Positions 9,916 through 18,350 of a stretch of DNA of 64,000 bases are shown here, piece by piece. Each line of letters begins with the position of its first letter. The first letter of the stretch is position 1. The translations under genes were made by a program, and so were the position numbers. The notes under the pieces are model-generated. The model ran no database searches and was not told the origin of the DNA. It saw only the letters and a list, made by a program, of their open reading frames with translations. The DNA lies in NCBI GenBank assembly GCA_050745885.1, contig JBOGLD010000112.1, positions 11,386 through 75,385 on the forward strand, in the 5' to 3' direction. The DNA comes from Terriglobales bacterium. GTDB taxonomy: Bacteria; Acidobacteriota; Terriglobia; Terriglobales; Acidobacteriaceae.

Positions 9916-11208
9916 ATGGCGAAGGTCAACATCGTGACGCTGATGGTGTTGTTCAGCATCATGAGTTACTTTGACCGGACCATCATGGCGGTCGCTGGGC
10001 CGGGCATCATTCGAGATTTTGATCTTACCGAAACGCAACTGGGAGCAGTATATTCCGCCTTTCTTTTGGGCTACGCCCTGATGATGATTCCGGGAGGTCA
10101 CTTGACCGACCGCCTGGGACCGTGGCGAGCACTGATCGGGATGGGGTTTGGCGCTGCGCTGTTAACCGGGTTGACAGCGCTGGGGGCCCGCCCCAGCCTG
10201 GGATCGCTCTTGGGGATCGTTTCTTCTCTTGTCCTGATTCGTTTCATGGTAGGCGTTTGTACAGCCCCCCTCTATCCAGCCTGCGGTCGAATGATTGCAA
10301 ACTGGTTTCCAAGCACGCGGCAAGGGCTGGTTTGGGGCTTGGTCGCCGGCGGAGCCGGGATTGGAAGCGCGCTTTCTCCGTCCCTTTTCGCCTGGATGAT
10401 TCCACGCTTCGGCTGGCGCGATTCTTTCTGGCTGGCAGGGGCGGCCACCGCCCTGTTGGCGACTTTATGGGCCTGGTATGCGAGAGACGGGCCGTCAGAG
10501 CATAGGTCCGCCCGGAATGCGGACCGTTCCGCCCCGATCAGCCTCAAACCTCAAGGAGTCCACACTTCTCGCCAATCTGGTTTGCGAAAGTTGCTTACCA
10601 ATCGAAATGTGGTCTTGCTGGCGGTGGGATACGGCACGGTCTCATACTTCGAGTACATCTTCTTCTACTGGATTTACTATTATTTTCGAGAAATCCGCCG
10701 CATGTCGCAATCGGAGACTTCGACCTACACCACGGTCATATTTCTCGCCTGGGTGGTTATGTCCCCTTTGGGCGGTTGGCTTTCGGACCGATCGATCAGA
10801 ATCTTCGGGAAGAGGATAGGAAGGCCCATCGTGCCCACCAGTTGCATCCTTGTCAGCGCGATCCTGCTATTTCTTGGAACCCATGTTTTGAGGCCTTGGC
10901 TGGTGGGCGCCTTGCTGGCGCTCTCTTTCGGCCTGGCATCCGCCTCGGACGGGCCCTTCTGGGCGGCCGCAATCGCCGCCGGGGGAGAAAATGCAGGCGC
11001 AGCAGGCGGAGTGCTCAATACCGGCTCCAACATCGGCGGCTTCATCGCGCCGGTCCTCACTCCGTTCATCGCTTCGTTTGTCGGTTGGTCATCGGCTCTC
11101 CATTTCGGTTGTTTAGTGGCCACTCTCGGCGTAGGCATCTGGTTTTTCATGGACGTAACGCCGTCTAGTGCCGATTTCTCGCGCGAAACGCAAGTTAATA
11201 TCGATTGA
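9916..11208 (+). CDS. MFS transporter (anion:cation symporter-like, sugar-acid type)
   Basis: Twelve-helix-like hydrophobic profile with a typical MFS N-terminus (FSIMSYFDRTIMAVAGPGIIRDFDLTETQLGAVYSAFLLGYALMMIPGGHLTDRLGPW). The ATG at 9916 (MAKVNIV) is preferred over the track start at 9862. Confidence 0.75.
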   Translation: MAKVNIVTLMVLFSIMSYFDRTIMAVAGPGIIRDFDLTETQLGAVYSAFLLGYALMMIPGGHLTDRLGPWRALIGMGFGAALLTGLTALGARPSLGSLLGIVSSLVLIRFMVGVCTAPLYPACGRMIANWFPSTRQGLVWGLVAGGAGIGSALSPSLFAWMIPRFGWRDSFWLAGAATALLATLWAWYARDGPSEHRSARNADRSAPISLKPQGVHTSRQSGLRKLLTNRNVVLLAVGYGTVSYFEYIFFYWIYYYFREIRRMSQSETSTYTTVIFLAWVVMSPLGGWLSDRSIRIFGKRIGRPIVPTSCILVSAILLFLGTHVLRPWLVGALLALSFGLASASDGPFWAAAIAAGGENAGAAGGVLNTGSNIGGFIAPVLTPFIASFVGWSSALHFGCLVATLGVGIWFFMDVTPSSADFSRETQVNID

Positions 11209-11626
11209 AGGTGGCCAGTGGGCGGATTTCGTCAAAGACAACACCGACTCTTTACCATCCGAGTGCGCTTGAGACTCCGAGGCCGTGCTGCTCCAATTGT
11301 CATCCAAGAAGTTGTTTATCTCGATAACCAACGTCGAATCGGACGTCCGAGCCAATTGGCCCTTTAGGTTGTACAGAGGTTCGTAGGCCTTAGCTGCCAA
11401 CATTCCGGGAAATCGTCACCCGACTGGTGGGTGGCCCAACCATTCTTGCCTGAACCGAGACTGCAGGATGCCAGCATCTGTCCGGAAGGGATCATCTCCG
11501 CATGGAAAGCGCGATGGTAGCGGGCGCAGATTCTGATTCCAGGAATCACTTTCTTGCCTATCATGCACTTAGAAGGACCAAGGTTTGCCAGCCGCGCTTG
11601 CTGAGTCCTTCGTTTAACGCTTACAG

Positions 11627-11654
11627 GCAGGTTCGAGTCCTACCTGAGGAGCCA
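11627..11654 (+). other. tRNA 3'-end-like fragment (T-arm, acceptor 3' strand and CCA) without a matching 5' half
   Basis: The sequence GCAGG-TTCGAGT-CCTAC-CTGAGGA-G-CCA contains the canonical GGTTCGAGTCC T-loop signature and a terminal CCA. No complementary 5' acceptor strand (TCCTCAG or wobble variants) occurs in the ~80 nt upstream. Confidence 0.35.
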
Positions 11655-11809
11655 TTTCTTTCTTGGCCAAGCTGGAATGTTTCTTCCGAGCCGATGGCTG
11701 GGCACGCGCGCTCGAATTGTGCTACCAAGCAGAAGTTTCTGCATCTAATTTTCTTTCGACTCCTGCGGAAGTCTAGAATTACCTTCACCGTTAAAGCTGA
11801 GACTGAATC

Positions 11810-13480
11810 ATGGCGAAACCAATTTTGTTGAGCGTGGACGACGACTCCGACGTCTTGCGGTCGATTGAGCGCGATTTGCGTTCGAAATATGGCGCCGAAT
11901 ACCGGGTGATCGGAAGCGATTCTCCGGAAGGGGCGCTGGGCCTGCTGAAGCAGTTGAAGGTGCGGAATGACAGCGTGGCGCTGCTGCTGGCCGACCAGCG
12001 CATGCCGCGCATGGATGGCGTGGAATTCCTGCAGCAGGGGATGCGGATCTTTCCCAAGGCGAAGCGGGCGTTGCTGACCGCTTATGCCGACATGAATGCC
12101 GCCATCAGCGCCATTAACCAGGCCAACATCAACTATTTTTTTCTGAAGCCCTGGGACCCTCCCACCGAGCACCTGTATCCGCAGCTCGACGACATGCTGG
12201 ATGATTGGCAGGCTTCCTATCGTCCGACATTCGAGGGCATCCGCGTACTGGGCACGCGCTGGTCGCCCCGGTCCTACGACTTGCGCGACTTTCTGGCGCG
12301 TAACCACGTTCCGTACCAGTGGATCGACGTGGAAATTTCCGCCAACGACCCGGAAACCAAGCGGCTTCTGGAGGCGCTCGGTCCCGAGGCGGCTGACCTC
12401 CCGGTCGTACTTTTCCCCGATGGAACCAGGCTTCTGGAGAGCCTTCCGGCCGATGTCGCCAAGAAAGTCGGATTGCGGACGCGGGCCCAGACCAACTTTT
12501 ATGATCTGGCGATCGTGGGCGGAGGACCGGCTGGGCTGGCGGCCGCGGTCTATGGCGCGTCCGAAGGTCTGCATACCGTGATGATCGAAAGGGAAGCTCC
12601 CGGCGGGCAGGCCGGAATGAGCTCCCGCATCGAGAACTATCTGGGATTTCCGGCGGGGCTAAGCGGTAACGATCTGGCGCGGCGTGCTGTGGTGCAGGCA
12701 CAACGTTTCGGAGTAGAAATCCTGTCGCCGCTGGAGGCAGTCAACGCCCGCACGGAAGGGTCGTACCGGATCATCAAGCTGGCGGATGGAAACGAACTTT
12801 CGTGCCACGCGCTCATGATCTCGACCGGCGTGCAGTGGCGCAAACTCGAGGCGGAGGGCATCGCCCGATTGCAGGGCGCGGGAATTTACTATGGCGGCGG
12901 CGCCACCGAAGCTCTCTCCTGCAAAGGCGAGATTGTTTACGTGGTGGGCGGGGCGAATTCAGCGGGCCAGGCGGCCATGAACTTTGCGAAGTACGCGGAA
13001 CGCGTGGTCATCCTGGTGCGGGGGGACTCTCTGGCCGCAACCATGTCTCAATATCTGATCGATCAGATCAAGGAGACTCCCAACATTCAAATTTGGGCGC
13101 ATGCCAGCGTGATCGAAGGGCACGGTACAACCCATCTGGAGGAGATTTCGGTGCTGTGTTCGGACACCAACAAAATCGAGCGGGTGCCAGCCAGTTCGAT
13201 GTTCATCTTTATTGGAGCCCTGCCGCGAACCGATTGGCTGGCCGGGCTGGTCGAGCGCGACGAACGCGGCTTTATTTTGACCGGACCTGATCTCATACGC
13301 GACGGGCAACACCCCAAGGGCTGGACCCTGGAGCGGGACCCATTTCTGCTGGAAACCAATGTGCCAGGTATTTTTGCCGTGGGCGATGTGCGGCATGGTT
13401 CGGTGAAACGGGTGGCTTCCGGCGTGGGCGAAGGATCGGTGGCGGTGCAGTTTATTCACCAGTATCTGAGCAAGGTATAA
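11810..13480 (+). CDS. Fused response-regulator receiver / thioredoxin-reductase-like FAD-dependent oxidoreductase
   Basis: The N-terminal REC domain reads ILLSVDDDSDVLRSIERDL...LLLADQRMPRMDGVEFL. The C-terminal pyridine-nucleotide-disulfide oxidoreductase part has a dinucleotide-binding GxGxxG (DLAIVGGGPAGLAAAVYGASEG) and a second Rossmann motif (VYVVGGANSAGQAA). No CxxC motif occurs anywhere in the protein. Confidence 0.85.
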   Translation: MAKPILLSVDDDSDVLRSIERDLRSKYGAEYRVIGSDSPEGALGLLKQLKVRNDSVALLLADQRMPRMDGVEFLQQGMRIFPKAKRALLTAYADMNAAISAINQANINYFFLKPWDPPTEHLYPQLDDMLDDWQASYRPTFEGIRVLGTRWSPRSYDLRDFLARNHVPYQWIDVEISANDPETKRLLEALGPEAADLPVVLFPDGTRLLESLPADVAKKVGLRTRAQTNFYDLAIVGGGPAGLAAAVYGASEGLHTVMIEREAPGGQAGMSSRIENYLGFPAGLSGNDLARRAVVQAQRFGVEILSPLEAVNARTEGSYRIIKLADGNELSCHALMISTGVQWRKLEAEGIARLQGAGIYYGGGATEALSCKGEIVYVVGGANSAGQAAMNFAKYAERVVILVRGDSLAATMSQYLIDQIKETPNIQIWAHASVIEGHGTTHLEEISVLCSDTNKIERVPASSMFIFIGALPRTDWLAGLVERDERGFILTGPDLIRDGQHPKGWTLERDPFLLETNVPGIFAVGDVRHGSVKRVASGVGEGSVAVQFIHQYLSKV

Positions 13481-13485
13481 GGCTA

Positions 13486-14874
13486 ATGGTCGAGAAATCG
13501 GAATTGCTGCGCATTCCGGCGTTTGAGGGTCTGCCCGATGACCAACTGGACTGGTTCATCAGCCAGGCCCAGGAGATCAACCTCAAAGCCGGAGATACGT
13601 TCTTGCGCCAGGGGACCCCGGCGGACGCCATGGTTGTGGTCCTGAACGGGCAGCAGCAGATGCGGGGCGCACTGGGCGGCGAAGAGGTCACACTTCCGCT
13701 CGAGCCAGGCGATATCAGCGGAGTGCTGCCTTTCTCGCGCATGAAGGTCACGGTGATGACTGGCCGGGCGATCAGCGATGGCCGCGTCCTGAAGTTCTCT
13801 ACCGCGAAATTCCCGGACCTGGTGCAGAAAATGCCGGAACTGGCGCAGCGGCTCGTGGGCATGATGTCCGACCGGATCCGCGAAACTACAAGGCTCGAGC
13901 AACAGCGAGATCGGTTGGCGGGTTTGGGAAAGCTCTCGGCGGGCCTGGCGCATGAACTGAACAATCCCGCTTCGGCCGCCAAACGTGCCGCCAGCCTGCT
14001 GCGCGATGCGCTGAAGCGGATCAAGGACGCTGTCATCGAACTGGGGAAGCATGAGCTTACCGCGGCCCAGAAATCAGAAATCGAAAAGCTGGAAGCTTCG
14101 TTCATGCAACCCAATGAAAAACCCCTGGATACGCTAGCCATGAGCGATCTGGAAGATCAGATTGATTCGCTCTTGCGCAGTCATGGGCAGAATGACCTTT
14201 GGCAACTGGCGGGAGACCTGGCGCGCAGGAGCGTGAGACCAGAAGTGCTGGAATCCCTGTTCGCGACCCTCGACGCCGATGTTGCCCGCGCCGCCCTGGT
14301 CAGGATTGCCGCTTCGGTGGAGATTGCGAACCTGCTGATTGAGATTGAGAGCAGTACCTCCCGGATTTCTGATCTGGTGCGTGCGGTCAAGGAATACACC
14401 TACATGGACCAGACCCAGGCGCAGGATGTGGATATCGTGAAGGGTCTGGAAAACACACTGACCATCCTGAATCACAAGCTCAAGCGGGGAGTAACGGTGA
14501 CTCGGGAGTACGAGAAAATTCCTTTGTTGGTGAATTCGTTTGGCAGTGAGCTCAACCAGATTTGGACAAACATCATCGACAACGCGATTGACGCCATGGG
14601 CGGAAAGGGTGAGTTGCGAGTACGAACCTACCGCGATGACAATTGCGTGGTAGTGGAGATTGGCGATAACGGTCCAGGAATTTCACCGGAGGTCAAAGCG
14701 CACATTTTCGAGCCTTTCTTTACCACCAAGGGAGTGGGCGAGGGAACCGGGCTGGGCCTCGATACGGTGCAGCGAATTGTGAAGAAGCACAGAGGCACGA
14801 TCCAGGTGGCTTCGAAGCCCGGGGACACCCGCTTTCAGGTGTTTCTGCCCCTGGTCGAATCAGCTCCAGTTTAG
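13486..14874 (+). CDS. Soluble sensor histidine kinase with N-terminal cyclic-nucleotide-binding-like domain
   Basis: Starts 5 nt after the preceding stop. The N-terminus is cNMP-binding-like (LLRIPAFEGLPDDQLDWFISQAQEINLKAGDTFLRQGTPADAMVVVLNG). An H-box (LSAGLAHELNNPASA) and HATPase_c N/G boxes (WTNIIDNAIDAM, DNGPGI, GEGTGLGL) are present. No transmembrane segment is visible. Confidence 0.85.
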   Translation: MVEKSELLRIPAFEGLPDDQLDWFISQAQEINLKAGDTFLRQGTPADAMVVVLNGQQQMRGALGGEEVTLPLEPGDISGVLPFSRMKVTVMTGRAISDGRVLKFSTAKFPDLVQKMPELAQRLVGMMSDRIRETTRLEQQRDRLAGLGKLSAGLAHELNNPASAAKRAASLLRDALKRIKDAVIELGKHELTAAQKSEIEKLEASFMQPNEKPLDTLAMSDLEDQIDSLLRSHGQNDLWQLAGDLARRSVRPEVLESLFATLDADVARAALVRIAASVEIANLLIEIESSTSRISDLVRAVKEYTYMDQTQAQDVDIVKGLENTLTILNHKLKRGVTVTREYEKIPLLVNSFGSELNQIWTNIIDNAIDAMGGKGELRVRTYRDDNCVVVEIGDNGPGISPEVKAHIFEPFFTTKGVGEGTGLGLDTVQRIVKKHRGTIQVASKPGDTRFQVFLPLVESAPV

Positions 14875-14885
14875 AATCCCACACG

Positions 14886-16493
14886 TCACACCGCATGACC
14901 CGTGCCGGCCTCACGCAGGTCGAGTTCGCGCTCCAACTGCCGCAGAGTTTCGTCGTTGATGCGGCCTTCGTTGCGCAGGCGGATCGCAGTCTGCCGCTCC
15001 AGTCGAAGCAGTTCCCGGGAAATACGCGATAAGCGCTTGTGCTGTTTGGGGCTGATGCCGTTCTCGGCGTCCTCTTGCCCGGTCACATCCTCCAGACGGT
15101 GGCGATAATGGCCGGCAAGGTCCTGGTACATCGAATCGAATTCGATCGTGTCTTTTTTGCGCTCATCTTCCAGATACGTCAGCGCGGCTTCCAGTATTTC
15201 CCGGCGCGCGCTCTCCTCTTCCACATTGGGGCCAGCCGGGTCGGCCACACCCAGAACGCGCACCAGCCAGGGAAGCGTAAGTCCCTGCACCACCAGGGTG
15301 ACGAGAATGACACAGAAGGCCAGAAAGACGATCAGGTTACGCTGGGGAAACGGGCTGCCATTGGCCAAAGTCTGAGGCAGCGCGATGGCGGCGGCGAGGG
15401 CGATCACTCCCCGCATCCCGGTCCATCCCAGGACCAAAATGCCCTGCACGTTGGGGCACTTCAGTTTCTGATGAAGTAGGCGGGTTCGAGTCCAATACGC
15501 AATATACGCGCCGGGAAATACCCAGATCACACGCAAAGCGATTACCAGCGCGCTGAACAAGGCGCCGTAGAGAACGAGCGTGCCCCGGCTGTAGTCATGG
15601 ATGCCCGCCAGCACGTGGGGCAGTTGCAGTCCAATGAGGACGAACACCAGGCCGTTGAGGATGAAATTGAGGGCATCCCAGACCGCCCACGCCTGAAGGC
15701 GCACGCCCGGTGAAAAGAACCCGGAACTCCTGCGACTGAGATAGAGTCCACAGGAGACCACGGCCAGGACGCCGGATGCGCGCAACCTGTCCGCCGTCAG
15801 ATAAGCGGCGTAGGGAACCAGTATGCTGAGGGCAATTTCTATCGGACCGTCGTCAATACGGCGTTCGATGTGGTCTACGATCCAGCCTATGGTCAGGCCT
15901 ACGGCCACACCGGCCAAGCTCAGGTAGGCGAGCCGAATCGTGCTCCCGGTCAGGGTGGGAGTCTGGTTGCGCAGCACCATGGCAATGCCGAATTCGAGGG
16001 CCAACAAACCGCTGGCATCGTTCACCAGGCTCTCGCCTTCAAGAAGATCGGTGATCCTCTTCGGGATACCGACACGCCGGGCAATCGAGGTAGCCGCGAG
16101 CGCGTCGGTGGGAGCGATGACTGCTCCCAGCACCAGACCGAGTTTCCAGTCGAACCCTGAGAACAGCCACGGTACGCCTTGCGCAACCCCAATCACGGTG
16201 AAAATGACCAGGCCCACAGCCAGAAGCAGAATGCTGACGAGATTGTAGGAAAATTCGCGCCAGGGCATAACCCAAGCGGCGTAGTACAGCAGAGGCGGCA
16301 GAATTACGAAAAAGACAAGGTCTGGATTCAGCGCGATCTTCGGAATTCCGGGCACGAAGCCGAGCAACAGCCCGGCAATAACCAGGACAATCGGATAGGG
16401 AACTTGAAGCTTTCGCGCCAGGGCCCCGAAGGCGACCACGAAGAGCAACAGCAGCAAGAAAACCAGTTCCACCGCCTGAACATTGCCTGTCAT
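14886..16493 (-). CDS. Na+/H+ antiporter, CPA1 (NhaP-type)
   Basis: Long polytopic ORF with a typical CPA1 N-terminus (VELVFLLLLLFVVAFGALARKLQVPYPIVLVIAGLLLGF) and a soluble C-terminal tail. The ATG at 16493 is preferred over the TTG at 16529. Confidence 0.8.
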   Translation of the reverse strand: MTGNVQAVELVFLLLLLFVVAFGALARKLQVPYPIVLVIAGLLLGFVPGIPKIALNPDLVFFVILPPLLYYAAWVMPWREFSYNLVSILLLAVGLVIFTVIGVAQGVPWLFSGFDWKLGLVLGAVIAPTDALAATSIARRVGIPKRITDLLEGESLVNDASGLLALEFGIAMVLRNQTPTLTGSTIRLAYLSLAGVAVGLTIGWIVDHIERRIDDGPIEIALSILVPYAAYLTADRLRASGVLAVVSCGLYLSRRSSGFFSPGVRLQAWAVWDALNFILNGLVFVLIGLQLPHVLAGIHDYSRGTLVLYGALFSALVIALRVIWVFPGAYIAYWTRTRLLHQKLKCPNVQGILVLGWTGMRGVIALAAAIALPQTLANGSPFPQRNLIVFLAFCVILVTLVVQGLTLPWLVRVLGVADPAGPNVEEESARREILEAALTYLEDERKKDTIEFDSMYQDLAGHYRHRLEDVTGQEDAENGISPKQHKRLSRISRELLRLERQTAIRLRNEGRINDETLRQLERELDLREAGTGHAV

Positions 16494-16595
16494 GGTCGAG
16501 GAGTTCCCGTGCAGGGCCAGTTGCCCCAAGCCCGCGCCAAGTATAAATCGGAGCGGACACCGGCCGCGGCCGTACGCAACGCTGGCGATTAAAAG

Positions 16596-17099
16596 TCAAA
16601 CGGAGCGATTGGGCCTGCGCGGGCGCTGTTTTGCAGAGATCGACCGGATGACGAGGGTCCCTGGAGCGTCCCGGTCAAGGGCTCGCTTCGCGCTCTTCAA
16701 GGCAGCAGCCATCAACTCGCGGATCGCCGGCGCATCCAGATCGGTTGCGCGCTCGAGCCTGACATGCCGAACCAGGCGACCGCTGCCCCTGAGCAACTTC
16801 TTCGGATCCGATAAGCCCGCGCCCTGCAGAAAGAACAAGGTCACATATCGAGGGTAGAGCACGATCGAGAAAATGGCTTCTGACGCCCTCTCGGACGGGC
16901 CAAAGCCGATGGCCAGCGCATTGTAGTTGTCGTACACAAACCGGGTGGCGCCAGGCAAGCGAGCCCGCATTTTCTTCAGACAATCGCGCGCGATGGCTGC
17001 GACCGCAGGCGTGTATTTGTCAAGAAAGGAGTCAAGCTGACTCTGGGAAGAACTGTTTGCCTTCTTTATCCTTGGCCCCGCCATGACGATAGTGTGCAC
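16596..17099 (-). CDS. DUF1801 (YdhG-like) domain protein
   Basis: 167-aa ORF. The motifs YNALAIGFGPSERASEAIFSIVLYPRYVTLFF and KLLRGSGRLVRHVRL resemble the DUF1801 family. Confidence 0.55.
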   Translation of the reverse strand: MHTIVMAGPRIKKANSSSQSQLDSFLDKYTPAVAAIARDCLKKMRARLPGATRFVYDNYNALAIGFGPSERASEAIFSIVLYPRYVTLFFLQGAGLSDPKKLLRGSGRLVRHVRLERATDLDAPAIRELMAAALKSAKRALDRDAPGTLVIRSISAKQRPRRPNRSV

Positions 17100-17225
17100 G
17101 GATTCCAGCCGAGTGGCAAACCGGTATCGCTTTCGTTCCCGAGGTCCAGAGATCAGGGGGCTCGCCTCGGTGCCGAGACTCTGCTAGCCTGAATTCGACC
17201 CGTCTTTACCACCGCCGGGGCAGCC

Positions 17226-17885
17226 ATGAAGCGACCACGGAGAGAGAAGCCAGAGGCAAGCAAACAGGCGATCGACACCGCTTTGCGCGCTTGCCTGATC
17301 GCAAAAGACGCCGCCTTCAATGCCGGGGATTACATCGTGACCGGCTCGCGAATCGCCTTTCTGGCGGTGCGGCAATGCGAAAAAGAACTGGACCAGATCG
17401 AGCGGCAAGTTGACGACGCCACGCCCGCCGCAGTCACCCAGGTACCGGAGGCAGAAGCTCGCGAGCTGCTGGCCTGCCTGAAGTTTACGATTGATCTCGA
17501 ACGCATAGGCGACTTGATCTGGTCGGTGGTGCAACGAATTCATGGTTTGCCGGCCCCGCTGAACTCGAAAGAATCCGGGTTTCTGATCGAGATGTCGCGA
17601 GTGTTGCAGGAAATGCTGGTGCGAGTTCATCAGGGATTCGTGAGCCGCGATCTCGGACTTGCGGAATCAGTCATTAAGATGGACTACGACATGGATCAAG
17701 TCTGTCATTCGGTGTTTCGCCAGTACCTGGAAAAGGGAGCGGGCCGCAGGAGCTACGAGGTGACGAACCTGCTCTTTATGGCACAGGCGTTTGAACGCGC
17801 CGGTGATCACACCAAGAACCTGGCGGAAGAACTTTTTCATCTAGTCGAGGGTCACAGCGTGCGTCATATCAAGAAGTCCCGCTAA
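17226..17885 (+). CDS. PhoU-domain protein
   Basis: Two PhoU-type repeats ending in the characteristic E/D-R-x-G-D motif: DLERIGDLIWSVVQRI and AFERAGDHTKNLAEELFHLVEG. Confidence 0.7.
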   Translation: MKRPRREKPEASKQAIDTALRACLIAKDAAFNAGDYIVTGSRIAFLAVRQCEKELDQIERQVDDATPAAVTQVPEAEARELLACLKFTIDLERIGDLIWSVVQRIHGLPAPLNSKESGFLIEMSRVLQEMLVRVHQGFVSRDLGLAESVIKMDYDMDQVCHSVFRQYLEKGAGRRSYEVTNLLFMAQAFERAGDHTKNLAEELFHLVEGHSVRHIKKSR

Positions 17886-18003
17886 GCCGGTCCCGGCATA
17901 GACCAATTTCGGAGTCGACGGCGGAGGGCATTTCCGTCGCAGGAGCGCCCACCGGTCCCGCGATCCATGAGGTTTTGTTAAGATCAGTCACTGAGGGGGA
18001 TTC

Positions 18004-18240
18004 ATGCCAAACCTGAAGGGACTAGGATCGGTAGTCTCGCAACTTAGAGTGGAACGGACGAGTCTGGTCAATCAACTAAGGCATGTTGATGCAGCTCTTT
18101 CAGTTCTAGGCAAGCTGGACCACGGACGTTCCTACACCAAACCGAGGCGGAGAAAGCTCTCCATGGCCGCGCGCAAGAAAATCGCCGCGGCCCAGAGGGC
18201 ACGTTGGGCCAAGGTAAGGCAGTTGAAGAAAGCAGCGTAG
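18004..18240 (+). CDS. Small basic protein with coiled-coil N-terminus and an RKKIAAAQRARWAKV motif (paralog of 60227..60580)
   Basis: 78-aa ORF with GAGGGGG 6 nt before the ATG. It shares SVVSQLRVERTSLVNQLR, ALSVLG+L and ARKKIAAAQ+ARWA+V with the ORF at 60227. The upstream leaders are also similar (TGTTAAGAT...GAGGGGG). Confidence 0.7.
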   Translation: MPNLKGLGSVVSQLRVERTSLVNQLRHVDAALSVLGKLDHGRSYTKPRRRKLSMAARKKIAAAQRARWAKVRQLKKAA

Positions 18241-18268
18241 AAACCGATTCGCGATTTGGAAACAAAGG

Positions 18269-18294
18269 GCCTGCCGGACGAGAATCCGGCGGGC
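18269..18294 (+). terminator. Stem-loop downstream of the small basic protein gene
   Basis: GCCTGCCGGA-cgagaa-TCCGGCGGGC forms a 10-bp stem with one G-U pair. The downstream T-tract is weak. Confidence 0.3.
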
Positions 18295-18350
18295 TCAGTG
18301 CATTTTAAGGTGTGGTAAGGTTCCTACCGCGATTTGCAGGAGGAACCAGC

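Noticed and set aside
11567-11654. A full-length tRNA gene at 11.6 kb.
   Set aside because: Only the T-arm, the 3' acceptor strand and CCA are present. No complementary 5' acceptor strand, D-arm or anticodon arm could be built from the upstream 80 nt.
11621-12574. Long antisense ORFs overlapping clearly assigned genes. Examples are 11621-12574 (-), 27606-28859 (-), 25435-26493 (+), 32924-33925 (+), 31312-32118 (-), 36622-37368 (-) and 47719-48534 (-).
   Set aside because: Their translations are Arg/Pro/Gly-rich and low in complexity, with no recognisable motifs. They lie opposite ORFs that have strong family signatures. This is the typical stop-codon-poor antisense frame of GC-rich DNA.
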